DNA of 64,000 nucleotides from Eledone cirrhosa. Lineage: Eukaryota. The DNA lies in NCBI GenBank assembly GCA_964016885.1, contig OZ024741.1, positions 147,746,001 through 147,810,000 on the forward strand, written 5' to 3'. The notes under the pieces are model-generated. The model was not told the origin of the DNA and did not search any database. It was given only the letters and a program-made list of their open reading frames with translations. Made by a program: the position numbers and the translations under genes. Below, piece by piece: positions 9,317 to 22,225 of the stretch. Within the stretch, counting starts at the first letter, position 1. Each line of letters starts with the position of its first letter.

Positions 9317-12300
9317 TTCTTTATTTACCATAAAGGCATAAAAAGAAGGGACAAATACAAAGGGAGAGTTTACATAAAATCGAGTAAAAAGGGTATAAAA
9401 TGAAAATAATCGAAAACAACCGCAAAAGGGAGGGGACGTGATGGGGGTTGCACACACCCCCGAAAAAGTGTGCAATCCTTTGCCCAGGGAGCACATGGAG
9501 GAGGTGCTCCCCTCTCCTTCACTTCTTTACCTACAGGATGGTATACAGAGAAGGCCCATTTACACGAGCCATTCTCGCCACTATCACCCACCTTTCATAA
9601 AACTGCCTGTGGCCAAGCACCTCTCTCTCCATTCTTATCCTTCTTCCGAAGTGATATCGGAAGAGGTAGACCAGACTATGGCCATAGAGGAAGTTGCCTG
9701 ACCTCAGACCTTTCAATCGTGTCCACCAAACAACCTGTTTCAACATGGCTATTACGCACAGAAAAACCGCCTTTGCTTCCTTTGTGAAGAGGGGAGGCGG
9801 CTTGATTGTCATCACGGACTCGACGGTCAATCGAATCGGCGCCACCCGCGACAGCAGTCGTTCGGCGTAGCCCCACAGATCAGCCACGCCCGGACATCGC
9901 ACCAATGCGTGCGCAACGGTTTCTTCGTGACGCACGCATCTAGGGCAAATCTTTTTCGAGGGATCCCTGCCCGGGCGCCCGGGTCTGTAGAGCCTCTCTC
10001 GAACGGGTAGAGCTCCCCGGTAGCACTGCCAGGCTAGTGACTTCTGGAAGTTGTCCATTGGTCCCGGGCCGAAAGTCCTACCGAACAGGCTGGCCAGTTC
10101 GTCCTCTTCCATGTCCAGCGACTCTCCAAGGGTGTCATCGCCCCTGCTAGCCACCAGCCCTCTATAGAATGATGAGGCGGATTCTCCACCGATGGCCGGG
10201 CCCGCTTGCCAGAGAGCCCTGAGCGCCTGCGCACACTCAGTGTGCCAGTCTCCCAGTTTTCCGGATCTTTTCTTGACCCAGGACTGCAGCTCGGTGAGCG
10301 AGACGAGTCTCGGAAAGGCTCGTTTCACGAACGGAGCCCACACCGGTTGACCAGTGAGGAATACCTGTAGGTGCCGTAGCCTTAATGCGTGCCTACGCAT
10401 CATCAACCACGGCATCCCCAGCCCTCCTTTCGAAGGTTGTTGGCAGCAGATGGATCTTCTCACCATAGGAGGGCGCTTCTTCCAAAGAAATTGGAAGAGC
10501 ATGCGTTCCATGGTGGTGAGTGTTTCCTTAGGGCAAGGCACGACAGTCAGGCGGTAGTAAGTGACGGACGCTATGTAAATGTTCGCCACCTCCGCCCGAC
10601 CTTTTAGGGAAGCTTACACTTGGCCCATTTCTGGGTTTGTGCAAACACCTTGTTCGTAACCTCGTCCCAGTTCTTTTCCACCTGGAGGTCCGGTCCAAAC
10701 CAGACCCCAAGCAACTTCACTGGGCCCTCCGTCCAGTGTCCGACGACACCGTCGAGAGGCATCGGTCTGCCTCTCCACGTTCCGAGTTGCAGCCCGATGG
10801 ATTTTTCCCGGTTCAGTTTCGCTCCTGACAACCTTTCGTAATCCTCCAGTAAGGTACCGATCGCCTCGATCTCCGAGTCGGTCGATACCATTACTGTTAC
10901 GTCATCGGCGTAGGCCGACACCGCTTTGCTCAATCCTGGTTCCAGGAGGATACCCTGCAACAACTCCAACTTCCTCAGTAAAGGCTCGAGAGTCAATACG
11001 TACAGAAGGGAGGAGAGAGGGCACCCCTGTCGAATGGATCGTGTGATTTCGAACGGCTTCGAAAGGTAGCCGTTCACCTTGATCCTAGAACAGATGTGGT
11101 TGCTATGTAAGGCAGTGATCCAGCCTCTGAAAACAGGACCAAACCCAGCCGGCGCTAGCACCGCATCCAGGTAACCATGGTCGACCCTATCGAATGCCTT
11201 AGACTGATCCAAGTTGATCAGGGCCCCACCGAAGCCGGGTTTGTTGCCAACCCTCTCTATGATGTATCGCATGAGGTGGAGGTTATCGTGAATGGACCTG
11301 GATGGGATAGCACATGTCTGCGCATCTCCCACCAGGCCACCCACGACAAGCGCCAACCTCTTTGCTAACACCTTGGCCAAAATCTTTAACTCTGTGTTTA
11401 GCAGGGTTATGGGCCGAAAATTATTTATACTATCCCCCTTGTTCTCGTCCTTCCTCACCAGCGAGACTACGCCCTTGGCTACAGAACAAGGAATTCTCCC
11501 GTTCTGCTGCCAATTGCAGTAGACTGCTTCGAGGAGTTCTGAGAAGAAGACCGGCATTGCTAAATAAAGTTCGTAATGTATACCATCGAGACCTGGAGAT
11601 TTGCGTTTGCTGCATTGGCTCAGCGCATCCCCGATCTCATCAGCCGAGATTGGTCCCTCGCAGGACTCTGCCTCTTCGCTCGAGAGACGCGGCAGGCCGT
11701 CGAGGTATGGATCGAAATCCACGTCCCCGCCCGGACCCTCGCCTCCCCCGAATAATCGGGCAAAGTGCCTTTGAAAGGCCTCGCAAATCTGCTTAGGCTC
11801 CCGGATTACCCGTCCATCCTCGTCTTGCAAAGACCGGATGGTGGATCGATTTCCACTCTTCGCTTCTGTCACGCGGGCCCAGCCAACGGCTTTGGCCCCC
11901 TCATTACCTAGAGCACGTATTTTACTTCGAATGACGCAGCCTTCGTGCTTTGCATCGAAAAACTGGCTCAAGGCCGTCCTCGATGCCAGCACTCTGGCCA
12001 CATCTTCGCTCTTGGTTGCCTCTTCTAATTTACCTGTTAATTCTTTCTCGTTTCTATTCCTATCGGCAGCTAACATCTTACTATAACTTATTGATTCTGT
12101 TCTAATCTCTCTTTTGAGAGATGCCCACCATCGATTGTTGACGATTGCACCCGTTAACTTCTCCTTAACTAATCTGCTAATCCGGTTTCTGTAAGTCTCT
12201 TTTGCCGGTAAAGACAAATTAAGTTTCCAGTAACCGGGACCCTGTTTATGTGTTTTCTCAAGATTGACTATGCAGGTCACTAATTTGTGATCCGTATAGC

Positions 12301-15138
12301 CAACCGTGAGCATTTCTGGACAGCTTAATATGTCCCTATCCTTACTTCTAACTAAGAATCTATCTAAGTACGATCTAGATTGACCACTGTGGTTCGTCCA
12401 AGTCCAAGTTGGCACAGTTGGAAAATCTAGTCGATATCTACCGACCAAGTTAAAACGGTCGAGTAACCCCTTGAGGCTGTCACACCCCTCTCTATTAGGA
12501 CATGCTCCTGCATAGTCCCAACGTGCATCTAGGATGTCATTCCAATCCCCCGCTAGAAGCAGGGAACGCGACGTTCCCAGAAAAGTCTCCAGACGCTGGA
12601 AGAAGTCGGGTTGTTCAGCTCCGAAAGGGGAGTAGACGGCGACCAGTCTCAAGGCCGCACCTTCACTACTGTCAACGTCTAACACCAACAAACGACCCTC
12701 CGGTTCCGAGTGAACAACCTGTACGGCAAGACCCAGGGGTTTTTCCAGCAGTACGACAACCCCACCCCCACCTCCAGGTTGACAGAGAGATGCATGCACC
12801 TCAAAGTCATCGAAGGTAGGGGCCAGCTGCCGCACGACGCTGATCCGAGTCTCACAGATAATCATTACATTTATACCACGTGACCTGAGGTCATTTAGAA
12901 GCTTTGCTTGCTTCCAAGTTGAGCCCAGGCCACGTGCATTCAAACATCCTACTCTTAACACATCCATGTGGGCGTCAAAGCCAAAGGAGAGTGTAGAGAC
13001 CTACCTTTCTGCTTCCCGGGGTTCGGGTCGCACGACTTCCATGGGGTCGGGGGTGTTGGGTGAAGGGGTGTCTTGTGGTGTTGTGGGGTCGTCAGTGTGT
13101 GGTGGGATTGGGGTGTTTGGAGATGTGTTGGGGAGGGGAAGGGGAGGGGGAAAGCTTTTTAGTAGGACGCGGTTTATGGGTTTGACAGAGGGTGGTCCTA
13201 CGTCCTCCTTAAAATCCTTTTTTAGTTTTTGGTAGAGGTTCATTGGGATCTTTATTAATTTTAAATGTGGGTAGTTTTCTGAAGAAACAAAGTTTACACC
13301 TTCGGTTTGTACCGAAGGGTTATTGTTTATGAGTTCATTTAATTTGTTATTGTTTCTGTTGATGTAAGTATAGTGTAATGTCTTTTTTTCGGATGGTGTG
13401 AGTGTTTCGAAGAGGGGAGGGGCAGGTTTGGTTTTGTTTGTTGCTGGAGGGGTGTTTTCTGTTCTGTTGGATTGTGTTGACATTTGGGTAGGGGTTGTTT
13501 GGCCTTGTGTGTTTTGCACATGTTTTCTTTTTTTTTCTTTTAATCTGTCTGAAGGACTCCGTTTCTTCCTCCGAATTCGTTGGGTTATCAGTGTTGGAGG
13601 GAAGAGGTATGTTTGCTGGTAATGTTTCCGTGTTGGTTTTCTTTGTGGGGGAGATGGATGTCACTATGTTAGACTGTGTTGTGTGTTGTGGCTGCGGTGG
13701 TTGTGTTGTTTATTGAGTGAGGGGTTGGGTGGGACTGTGTTTTGTTTTGGGGTAATGTTTTGTGACTGTTTGTGTTGTGGTGGTGGTGTAGTTTTATTGA
13801 GGGACGGGTTGGGTGGGACTGAGTTTTGTTGTTTGTTTATCTGTTGTGGTGGTGGTGGAGCTGGTGTTGGTAGCAGGTTTTTCTTCTTGTTGAGTTGGGG
13901 ACAAGCCGCCTTCAGGTGCCCTCTGCCTGCACAGATAACAGGACGACCTTCTCCCCTCCACGCTAATGTTTATATACCCGTGGCCCTCTAATAGGATTCT
14001 GTCGGGTATTTGGGCAATGCGTTCAGGCTTCATTTGCACTACAAGTTCTATACCTGTTCCACTGAACGCATTGCCTGTGGTTTTCCCAATGGAAATCACG
14101 TTGTCATTCGCTGGATCGATGAAGCCAGCTATGAGCCAGAAGTAGTCCACATCTGGTATCATCGCATCCAGCCATATGCGCTGAGTTCTTTTACCCATAT
14201 AAGATGGATAAAGGGTAAAATTTGTCGAACGAATCGGCGACAAAGCATATTTTTTTGCCGCCGATTCGTTCTTCATAATAATCGCTAGGCTTCCATACAG
14301 TCTGTCTCTTCTTATGAAAGTGGTTTCATTAAGTACTTCTGTAAGTACTGCTTTGATTTCTGTTTGTGTTGGTTGTTGAGGTTTTTTAGAAATGTTGTTG
14401 ATGGTGCGGAAAACGACCGTCCGACTTTCAATGTCTTTGGTGAGTTCTTGAGGCATTTTTACCGATAAAATACCATTTTCCCCTTGAGTTATGTATTGTT
14501 TGGCGTTTTTAATTCTTTGTGCCACATCTGAAATATTTTCAGGTATATATGTCAAAGATTTCTTTGTTGTTTGTGCAAATGAAATATTATTGGTGTTGAC
14601 TTTGTCGTCTGCTTTGTTTTCTGTTATGATGTTGTTTTCAAATGTTATTTTTGTGTTTGTTTGTCTTTGTTTGTGGTATTAATATTGTCATGCAATTTTT
14701 CAAATTTTTTTTTGTTGTTGGAATCAATGTCCAGATTTGTGTTTTCGTCATTTTTCTCCGCACATTCGTCTGTTTTTATTTTATTTTTTCTTTCCTTCTC
14801 TATGACGTTAGTTGGGAAGGAAGGGGGGACTAAAGCGTGCGAGATTACAACTCTTACCACTGTCCCCCCCCCCCCACCACTATTTTCGTTAGCCTCGTTT
14901 AACATTTCTGTCAGACGATTGAAATTTTATGCCACAAAATTTTTAAAAACAGGTTTTTCACCCCTGGGTGGGGCGAAGATGAGCTGACCCACCGTCTGAC
15001 AGTTCAGACGGGGGGTCAAGCTACACAATAGTATCAAAATTAAAATTGAACTTACAAAATTTCCACAATAAATTGGAACAAAACATCTGCGCGAAGTGAA
15101 TTATATCTACGCTGTAGAACAGACGACAGCAGGATTTT
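9317..15138 (-). mobile_element. Tx1 subfamily A, copy 2 (full length, frameshifted)
   Basis: Highly similar to copy 1; ORF2 split at ~10607 (10604-12967 and 9531-10589); ORF1 in pieces over 13001-14905. Confidence 0.95.
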
Positions 15139-15160
15139 AGATAGATAGATAGATAGATAT

Positions 15161-16140
15161 ATTTCTTTATTTACCATAAAGGCATAAAAAGAAGGGACAA
15201 ATACAAAGGGGGATTTACATAAAACAGAATAAAAAGGGTATAAAATGAAAATAATCGAAAACAACCTCAAAAGGGAGGGGACGTGATGGGGGTTGCACAC
15301 ACCCCCGAAAAAGTGTGCAATCCTTTGCCCGGGGAGCACATGGAGAAGGTGCTCCCCTCTCCTTCACTTCTTTACCTACAAGATGGTATACAGAGAAGGC
15401 CCATTTACACGAGCCATTCTCGCCACTATCACCCACCTTTCATAAAACTGCCTGTGGCCAAGCACCTCTCTCTCCATTCTTATCCTTCTTCCGAAGTGAT
15501 TTCAGAAGAAGTAGACCAGACTATGGCCAGAGAGGAAGTTGCCTGACCTCAGACCTTTCAATCGTGTCCACCAAACAACCTCTTTCAACTAGGCTATTAC
15601 GCACAGAAAAACCGCCTTTGCTTCCTTTGTGAAGAGGGTAGGCGCCTTGATTGTCAACACGGACTCGGCGGTCAATCGAATCGTTGTCACCCGCGACAGC
15701 AGTCGTTCGGCGTAGCCCCACAGATCAGCCACGCCCGGACATTGCACCAATGCGTGCGCAACGGTTTCTTCGTGACGCACGCATCTAGGGCAAATCTTTT
15801 TCGAGGGATCCCTGCCCGGGCGCCCGTGTCTGTAGAGCCTCTCTCGAACGGGTAGAGCCCCCCGGTAGCACTGCCAGGCTAGTGAGTTCTGGAAGTTGTC
15901 CATTGGTCCCGGGCCGAAAGTCCTACCAAACAGGCTGGCCAGTTCGTCCTCTTCCATGTCCAGCGACTCTCCAAGGGTGTCATCGCCCCTGCTAGCCACC
16001 AGCCCTCTATAGAATGATGAGGTGGATTCTCCACCGATGGCCGGGCCCGCTTGCCAGAGAGCCTTGAGCGCCTGGGCACACTCACTGTGCCAGTCTCCCA
16101 GTTTTCCGGATCTTTGCTTGACCCAGGACTGCAGCTCGGA
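15161..16140 (-). mobile_element. Tx1 subfamily A, copy 3 (5'-truncated)
   Basis: Matches the 3' ~1 kb of copies 1 and 2; homology ends abruptly at ...gcagctcgga 16140. Confidence 0.93.
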
Positions 16141-16200
16141 AATATAAATTAGCGAGAATCGTAATTCCGCTTAGGAATAAACGAAAAACAACTTACGAGA

Positions 16201-16263
<63 letters not shown>

Positions 16264-16577
16264 ATTCTTTCACTTCAATTTATTAAATTTATTAAATTTA
16301 TAAATTAAGGAATTTATAAATTTCCGGTTGGTTGGTTGGTTCCACAACCAGACGATTATTCATATATTGTCAAAGTTCTTTTTGCTTCTTGTTTTGCTTC
16401 TATGCAATATTGCAGTCTGTACACATGTGTCAATTATACAACTATGTACACAGTATATAGTTTCTGCCTACTCCGTGCATATGGAACAAAGGCCTTATAT
16501 TCCATCAAGGCAAGAAATATATTGAATTAAATTTATTAACTGGTAAATATTGTAAAAGTGTTTCAATATATATATAA

Positions 16578-19535
16578 ATCATCATCATTTTACGTCCGCT
16601 CTTCCCTGCTTGCAAGGGTGGGACGGATCTTATTCAGCACAGCATCTCTCCACTTGTCACGGTCCTTCGTCATCTCCACCGTGAGCTTCAGTGATCTGAG
16701 GTCTGTTCTCACCACCTCCGCCCATGTTTTTCCTGGTCTACCTTTACCACGCCTTCCTTCAACTGGCATTTCCTGGCACTTCTTCACCCATCGGTCATCC
16801 TCCATGCGCATCACATGTCCATACCACCTCAGTCTCCTCTCCCGTACACTACATTCTATCCCTCTTAGACACAGTTTCTCTCTCAACACATTCATGCTGT
16901 GTCGTTCACGCATATTGACACTGCACATCCAACGGAGCATGCTTGCCTCATTTCTCTCCAGCCGTCGCATATCCTCTGCAGTTGCTGCCCATGGCTCACT
17001 ACTATGCAACATCGCGCTCCTCACACAGGCATCATATAACCGGCCTTTCGTACGCAGGGAGAAACCCTTCTTCTTCAGCAGAGGAAGCAGCTCCCTAAAC
17101 TTCTTCCAACCCGTCCTTATTCTAGATACTATGGCCTCGGAACACCCTCCTCCCATGCTAATCTGATCTCCTAGGTACCGGAAGCTATCCACCACTTCTA
17201 TAGCACCCGCCTACATTTGAAAAATGTGTCTATCAATGCGACTTCTACTGTCTAACTTCCCTGTACATCTACTGCATACATATTTCTCCCTACCTGTTAG
17301 TTTGCTTGCTATCCCGCTACATCTCTTTTATACCTAGGATATGCATTGTGTGCATTTTATAGAATTTATCCCAGTTCCTTTTCTGCATATCGAACATGGC
17401 CATTTCCCTGACAGAATCAGAGTTTTGTCCTCTTTTCTACTCATCAACACTTTTGTCTTAGCTAGGTTCACTCTCAGTCCTCTTGCTTCCAACTGCTGTT
17501 TCCATAGCCAGAATTTATTCTCTAGCTCCTCTACTGATTCTGCTATAAGAACCAGATCGTCAGCATAGAGAAGTTCCCATGGACAGCCAGTCTTAAACTC
17601 CTCTGTTATGGCTTGGAGGACTATAATGAACAAGAGCGGGCTGAGGACCGAACCTTGATGTACTTCTACTTGTATCTGGAATTCCTCACTAAACTCCATT
17701 CCTACCCTGACTTTACTGACAGTACCTCTGTACAAAGTTTGCATTGTCCTCACAAGCCATTCCTCAACACCTAGTTTCCTTAGGGACCACCAGATGACAG
17801 ATCGGGGTACCCTATCAAAGGCCTTCTCTAGGTCAACAAAGATTAAGTATAGTGGCTTATTTTTCTCTAAAAACCTCTCTTGAAATTGTCTCACCAAGAA
17901 GAGGGCATCTGTTGTACTCTTCCCAGGCACAAAACCAAACTACATCTCATCATGAGAATACTGCTGCACCAGTCTTTGGGTATGACACCACCATATATAG
18001 CCTGATTGATGATGCGTGCAACCAGTTTAGTGCCTACGTCCCCAGATGCCTTCAGTATCTCAGCTACTATTCCCGATGGTCCAGCAGCCTCACCATTTTT
18101 CATTTCCTTAATCGCCTCTTGGACCCTATATTCGTCAATCTCAATAGCTGGTCCCTCTGTCGGATCTACTGGCGGTAATTTCTCTCTCTCCCATTCGTTC
18201 TCCACCTTCATCAGTCTCTCATAATGACATTTCCAGGCCTCCTTTTTCTGATCATTCGTGACACTAAGTACACCGGCATCGTTCCGGACACATTTATCTC
18301 CAACAACATCCTGATTTGCATTGACACACTGCCTTGCAATGTGGAACACCGCACGCCTCTGATCTTCCCGTCGCAGAACATTGGCAAACCTCCTACTCTC
18401 AGCCTCCCTGCGTACTAAGTACACCTGACATCTAGCTTCTCTCTTAGCGGCTGTATATTCTTCCCTACTCCCACCCTTTTTCCAAGCCTTTCATGCTAGT
18501 CTTTTGTGTCTAATGGCCTTATCTACTGGGCTGTTCCACCACCAGGTCACTCTCTGTCTGGTTGGAGCTCTGCCACAGCCACAAGTTTCATCAGTAGCCT
18601 GCAGTAAGTTGTCATGTAAGAAATTCCAGTTATTATCTATGTCATACGTCTCTATATCGTCTTCTTTTTCGTCATACACATCTTGAAGGGCTTTCCTAAA
18701 TTTGTATTTTAGTGAAAGGTCTTTTAGCTTCCAGACCTTTCTTCTCCACACCTTCCTGTATGTCTCATTCCATCTCTTGCTTACTGAGATGTCACTAACG
18801 ACTAACCTATACTGTGGGGTACATTCTTCCCCAGGGTATGCCTTGGTATTAGACACTATCTGCCTGTTCTGCTGCCTAACTAGTAAGAAGTAAATCTGGC
18901 TTATGTGCTCGCCAGATTTGTAGGTTATTAGGTGGTTGACAGGTTTCTGGAAGTTTGTGTTGCAAATAGTCAGTGTACTTGCATCACAAAATTCAAGAAG
19001 TCTCACTCCTTCTTCATTTCTCGAGCCTTAACCGTGTCCACCATGTACCCCAGTGTAACCATCCTGGAGCTGTCCAACATGACCATTGAAGTCCCCTGCT
19101 AGCATAACAATGTCTCCGTCCTCTGTCATTGCGGTTGTTTATAAAAGTTGCTCGTAAAAGCAGTCTTTCTCATCTTTGCCTAGGCCTGCTTGGGGAGCAT
19201 AGGCAGAGATGATTGTCAGTAGTCACCTGCCTACAACTAATTTAAGCTTAATTATTCGATTACTAACTCGAACTACCTCTATTGTCTTATTGATCCATCT
19301 CTCAGCCAGGAAAATGCCTACTCCCCCTAACCCATCATCCTTACCTACCCAGAAAAGCTTATAGCTAAGATGTTTGCCTACGACTAGTCTCGCAGAGGCA
19401 CCTTTCCATCTCACCTCTTGCACGCAGCACACATCCACATGCCTTCTCTCCAGCATCTCCGCTATTTCAGCAGATCTACCTCTGAGAGTGCCAACATTAA
19501 GTGTTGCAACTCTGAGATGCGACGTCTTCATATTT
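16578..19535 (-). mobile_element. RTE-clade LINE, decayed (APE-RT), (GAT)n tail
   Basis: ATLNVGTL, CVQEVRW, DLEKAFDRVP, HQGSVLSP, YADD, RLRWYGHVMR, GRPGKTW; stops and a ~130-bp internal deletion at ~17950. Confidence 0.95.
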
Positions 19536-19739
19536 TGTTGTTGTTCCTATCCATTTGTTGTTGTGCTGATAAGCATTTTGGCATTGATACACTGGTTGGA
19601 TGCCCTTCCTAACACCAGCACCACTTTACAGCATGGACTGGGTGCTTTTAGTTGTGCTACCACCACTAGAGAGGGTGTCTTATTAGACTCAAGGATCCTC
19701 TCTACCCCTCCATTTTACAGTAGGAATAAGAGGGATCAG

Positions 19740-19975
19740 ATGCTGTTTACTCGAGAGAAGACTACGTTGGTATGGCCAGGTGATGCGCATGAAAGACGAC
19801 AGCTGTATGAAAAAGTGCAGGGCGATCAAAATTGATGGTAGTTGCGGAGTAGGTAGACCCAGAAAAACCTGGGACGATCTGATAAATTCCGACCTTACAC
19901 ACTTTCACCTCTCTAAGACAATGTCATTGGACCGAGATCTTTGGCGCTACGCAGTAATACAGAAGACCCGCTTTG
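19740..19975 (+). mobile_element. RTE LINE 3' fragment
   Basis: RLRWYGQVMRM...GRPRKTW...DRDLWR. Confidence 0.8.
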
Positions 19976-20144
19976 CCTATGTACAAAGAAAAACCTACAG
20001 TCAGTAGGCACCTCTTAACCAAATATACACCCCAATCCACTACCCCTACCCTATCCTCCCACTCCCACCAACACCACCCTCTCTCTATAAAGTTGGTACC
20101 ACAACATCCAGTCCAAATAAATGAGATAAATGAGATCGAGATTG

Positions 20145-20396
20145 TGTAGGTGCCACGAGAAAAAAACACACAATCCACGCTGTAATGTGGCCGTGTAGGT
20201 AACACGGTAAAAAGTTCCCAGTTCCACACTGTAAATGTGGTTGATGTTAGGAAGGGCATCCAGCCGTAGAAAACCTGCCAGATAGTCCTATATGAGCGAG
20301 ACACTGTCACCCGACCAAACCTTGCCTCAAGTGGAGCAACTCCCGTCTAACCCATGCTAGCGTGGAAAGTGGACGTTAAACGAAGATGATGATGAT
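20145..20396 (+). mobile_element. SINE 3' part with RTE-like tail
   Basis: ggaagggcatccagccgtagaaa...ccatgctagcgtggaaagtggacgttaaac(gat)n; related pieces at 19590-19675 (-) and 33385-33655 (-); tail resembles the RTE end ggacgtaaaatgatgatgat. Confidence 0.75.
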
Positions 20397-20486
20397 ATAA
20401 TAGTAGAACATTGGTGGGTTATATCCGTAGTAGTAGACCACGCAGTCCATGGGACGAGTTTTGTAGAGTAGTTGCACAACAGCTAG

Positions 20487-20581
20487 TTCACCATACCGAG
20501 AACAAATGTTTCACCTTATTCACATCCTCAGACCGAGCTGCGGATCTAAATAAGGTGAAATATATGTTCTCAGTATGGTGA

Positions 20582-20582
<1 letters not shown>
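20487..20582. repeat. Fold-back inverted repeat (~34-bp arms)
   Basis: ttcaccataccgagaac...ccttatt / aataagg...gttctcagtatggtgaa. Confidence 0.85.
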
Positions 20583-20640
<58 letters not shown>

Positions 20641-20644
<4 letters not shown>

Positions 20645-20757
20645 AAGAAATTAAAAGATGGTTAAAAAAGTTCCATGTATTTTATTATGCGCATTGTTTT
20701 TGTAATGCGCATAATAAAATACATAGAACTTTTTAACCATCTTTTAATTTCTTCTTA
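20641..20757. repeat. Near-perfect hairpin inside (TA)n
   Basis: taagaagaaattaaaagatggttaaaaa...tgcgcatt / aatgcgca...ccatcttttaatttcttctta. Confidence 0.9.
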
Positions 20758-20843
20758 TATATACTCCAGTCCAATAAACTGTTGAGTGCTACTTATCTGA
20801 TATTTGCATTGCTTTATTGTTCTACAATAAACCTCACCTCCTA

Positions 20844-20900
<57 letters not shown>

Positions 20901-21152
20901 GTTCGGATCTAGCTGTTGAAAAGGCTGGAACTCTTCGGGGATGTGTATGTAGATGTTTTTGTGCGTGTGCATATGTATGTATATATGCAATTTGTATGTA
21001 TGAATGAGTATATATATATATATATATACACACATATATATACATGTGTCTATGTATTTGTGTATGTATGCTTATGAGTGTGACCATGTTTGCTTTTATG
21101 TCCTCATGCGTATATATATATATGTGTGTGTGTGTGCTGTGTATATACAGGA

Positions 21153-21208
<56 letters not shown>

Positions 21209-21302
21209 GAAGTAATTCCGCCGGAAAGGTCCAGGAAAAAAGAGTGCTCTCTGTAGGTTACAGAGCTTATTAGTTATGTAATAAACAACATAAGACAATT
21301 AT

Positions 21303-21360
21303 TTCATTTACCAGTGGTTTCTTGAAAGCAAATAAATTTGCTTTCATTCATCAGAATGAA
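21303..21360 (-). ncRNA. Type I hammerhead ribozyme motif (family A)
   Basis: Minus strand: UUCAUU CUGAUGA a UGAAAGCAAA uuua UUUGCUUUCA a GAAA CCA c UGG UA AAUGAA. Confidence 0.8.
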
Positions 21361-21450
21361 AAAAATCGTGGGGTATTTCTAATACACCAGGATTTTTGTT
21401 TGCTTTCAAGAAACCACTTGTAAATGAAATAATTATCTTATGTTGTTTAT

Positions 21451-21509
<59 letters not shown>

Positions 21510-21644
21510 GTGTACTTATGTGTATACTTTTATGTATGCATGTATGTGTATGTACTTATATTTCTATTGTGTGTGAACATTCTTTTTCTTTTTCTTTTTC
21601 TTTTTCTTTTTCTTATACTTGTGTGTGTGTGTATGTGTGGTGAA

Positions 21645-21736
<92 letters not shown>

Positions 21737-21783
21737 TTCAAAATATTATCAAATGAAGATATTCACATAATCAAAATATATGC

Positions 21784-21843
21784 TTTATTATATATGTTTC
21801 GAAGGTACTGTGTTGTTTTTTCAGTACGTCCTCGTCAGATAAA
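21784..21843 (-). ncRNA. Type I hammerhead ribozyme motif (family B, partly mutated)
   Basis: Minus strand: UUUAU CUGACGA GGAcGUACUG..CAGUACcUUC GAAA cauaua UA AUAAA; mismatch in stem III. Confidence 0.65.
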
Positions 21844-22225
21844 ATATATGATTTGATATATGACATACCGCTACAGTCTTGATATTCCAATTCCTGTATT
21901 GGCAGTCATTTGTTTCATCAAATCTCAAAATTTATATACTACAAATAATACTATGATAAACTTAAAGAAGAAAAGGACGTGGAGTGCATTAGAGATATAA
22001 GAGAGGGTGTAAAGAGGAGGGAGGCAAGAAAAAAAGAAAGAAAGAAAAAAGAAGAAACAATAAATAAATACATACATACATATATATTTAAATGGATTGA
22101 TGAATAGAGGAAGAAGAAGGGAGAAATAACGACAAAAGAGAGGAAACATAAAATATATGGGTAGAATTATACTCCAGAAAACCTGTCGAGTACTCTGAAT
22201 ATCCCTTTTGCTTATATATATATAT

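Noticed and set aside
20495-20540. CUGAGGA...GAAACAUUUGUU on the minus strand
   Set aside because: Neither stem I nor stem II pairs
20755-21856. Many ORFs rich in YI/IY/CV/HT (also at 25.0-26.2, 29.1-29.5, 33.2, 35.2, 45.4 and 60.5 kb)
   Set aside because: They are translations of (TA)n/(TG)n microsatellites
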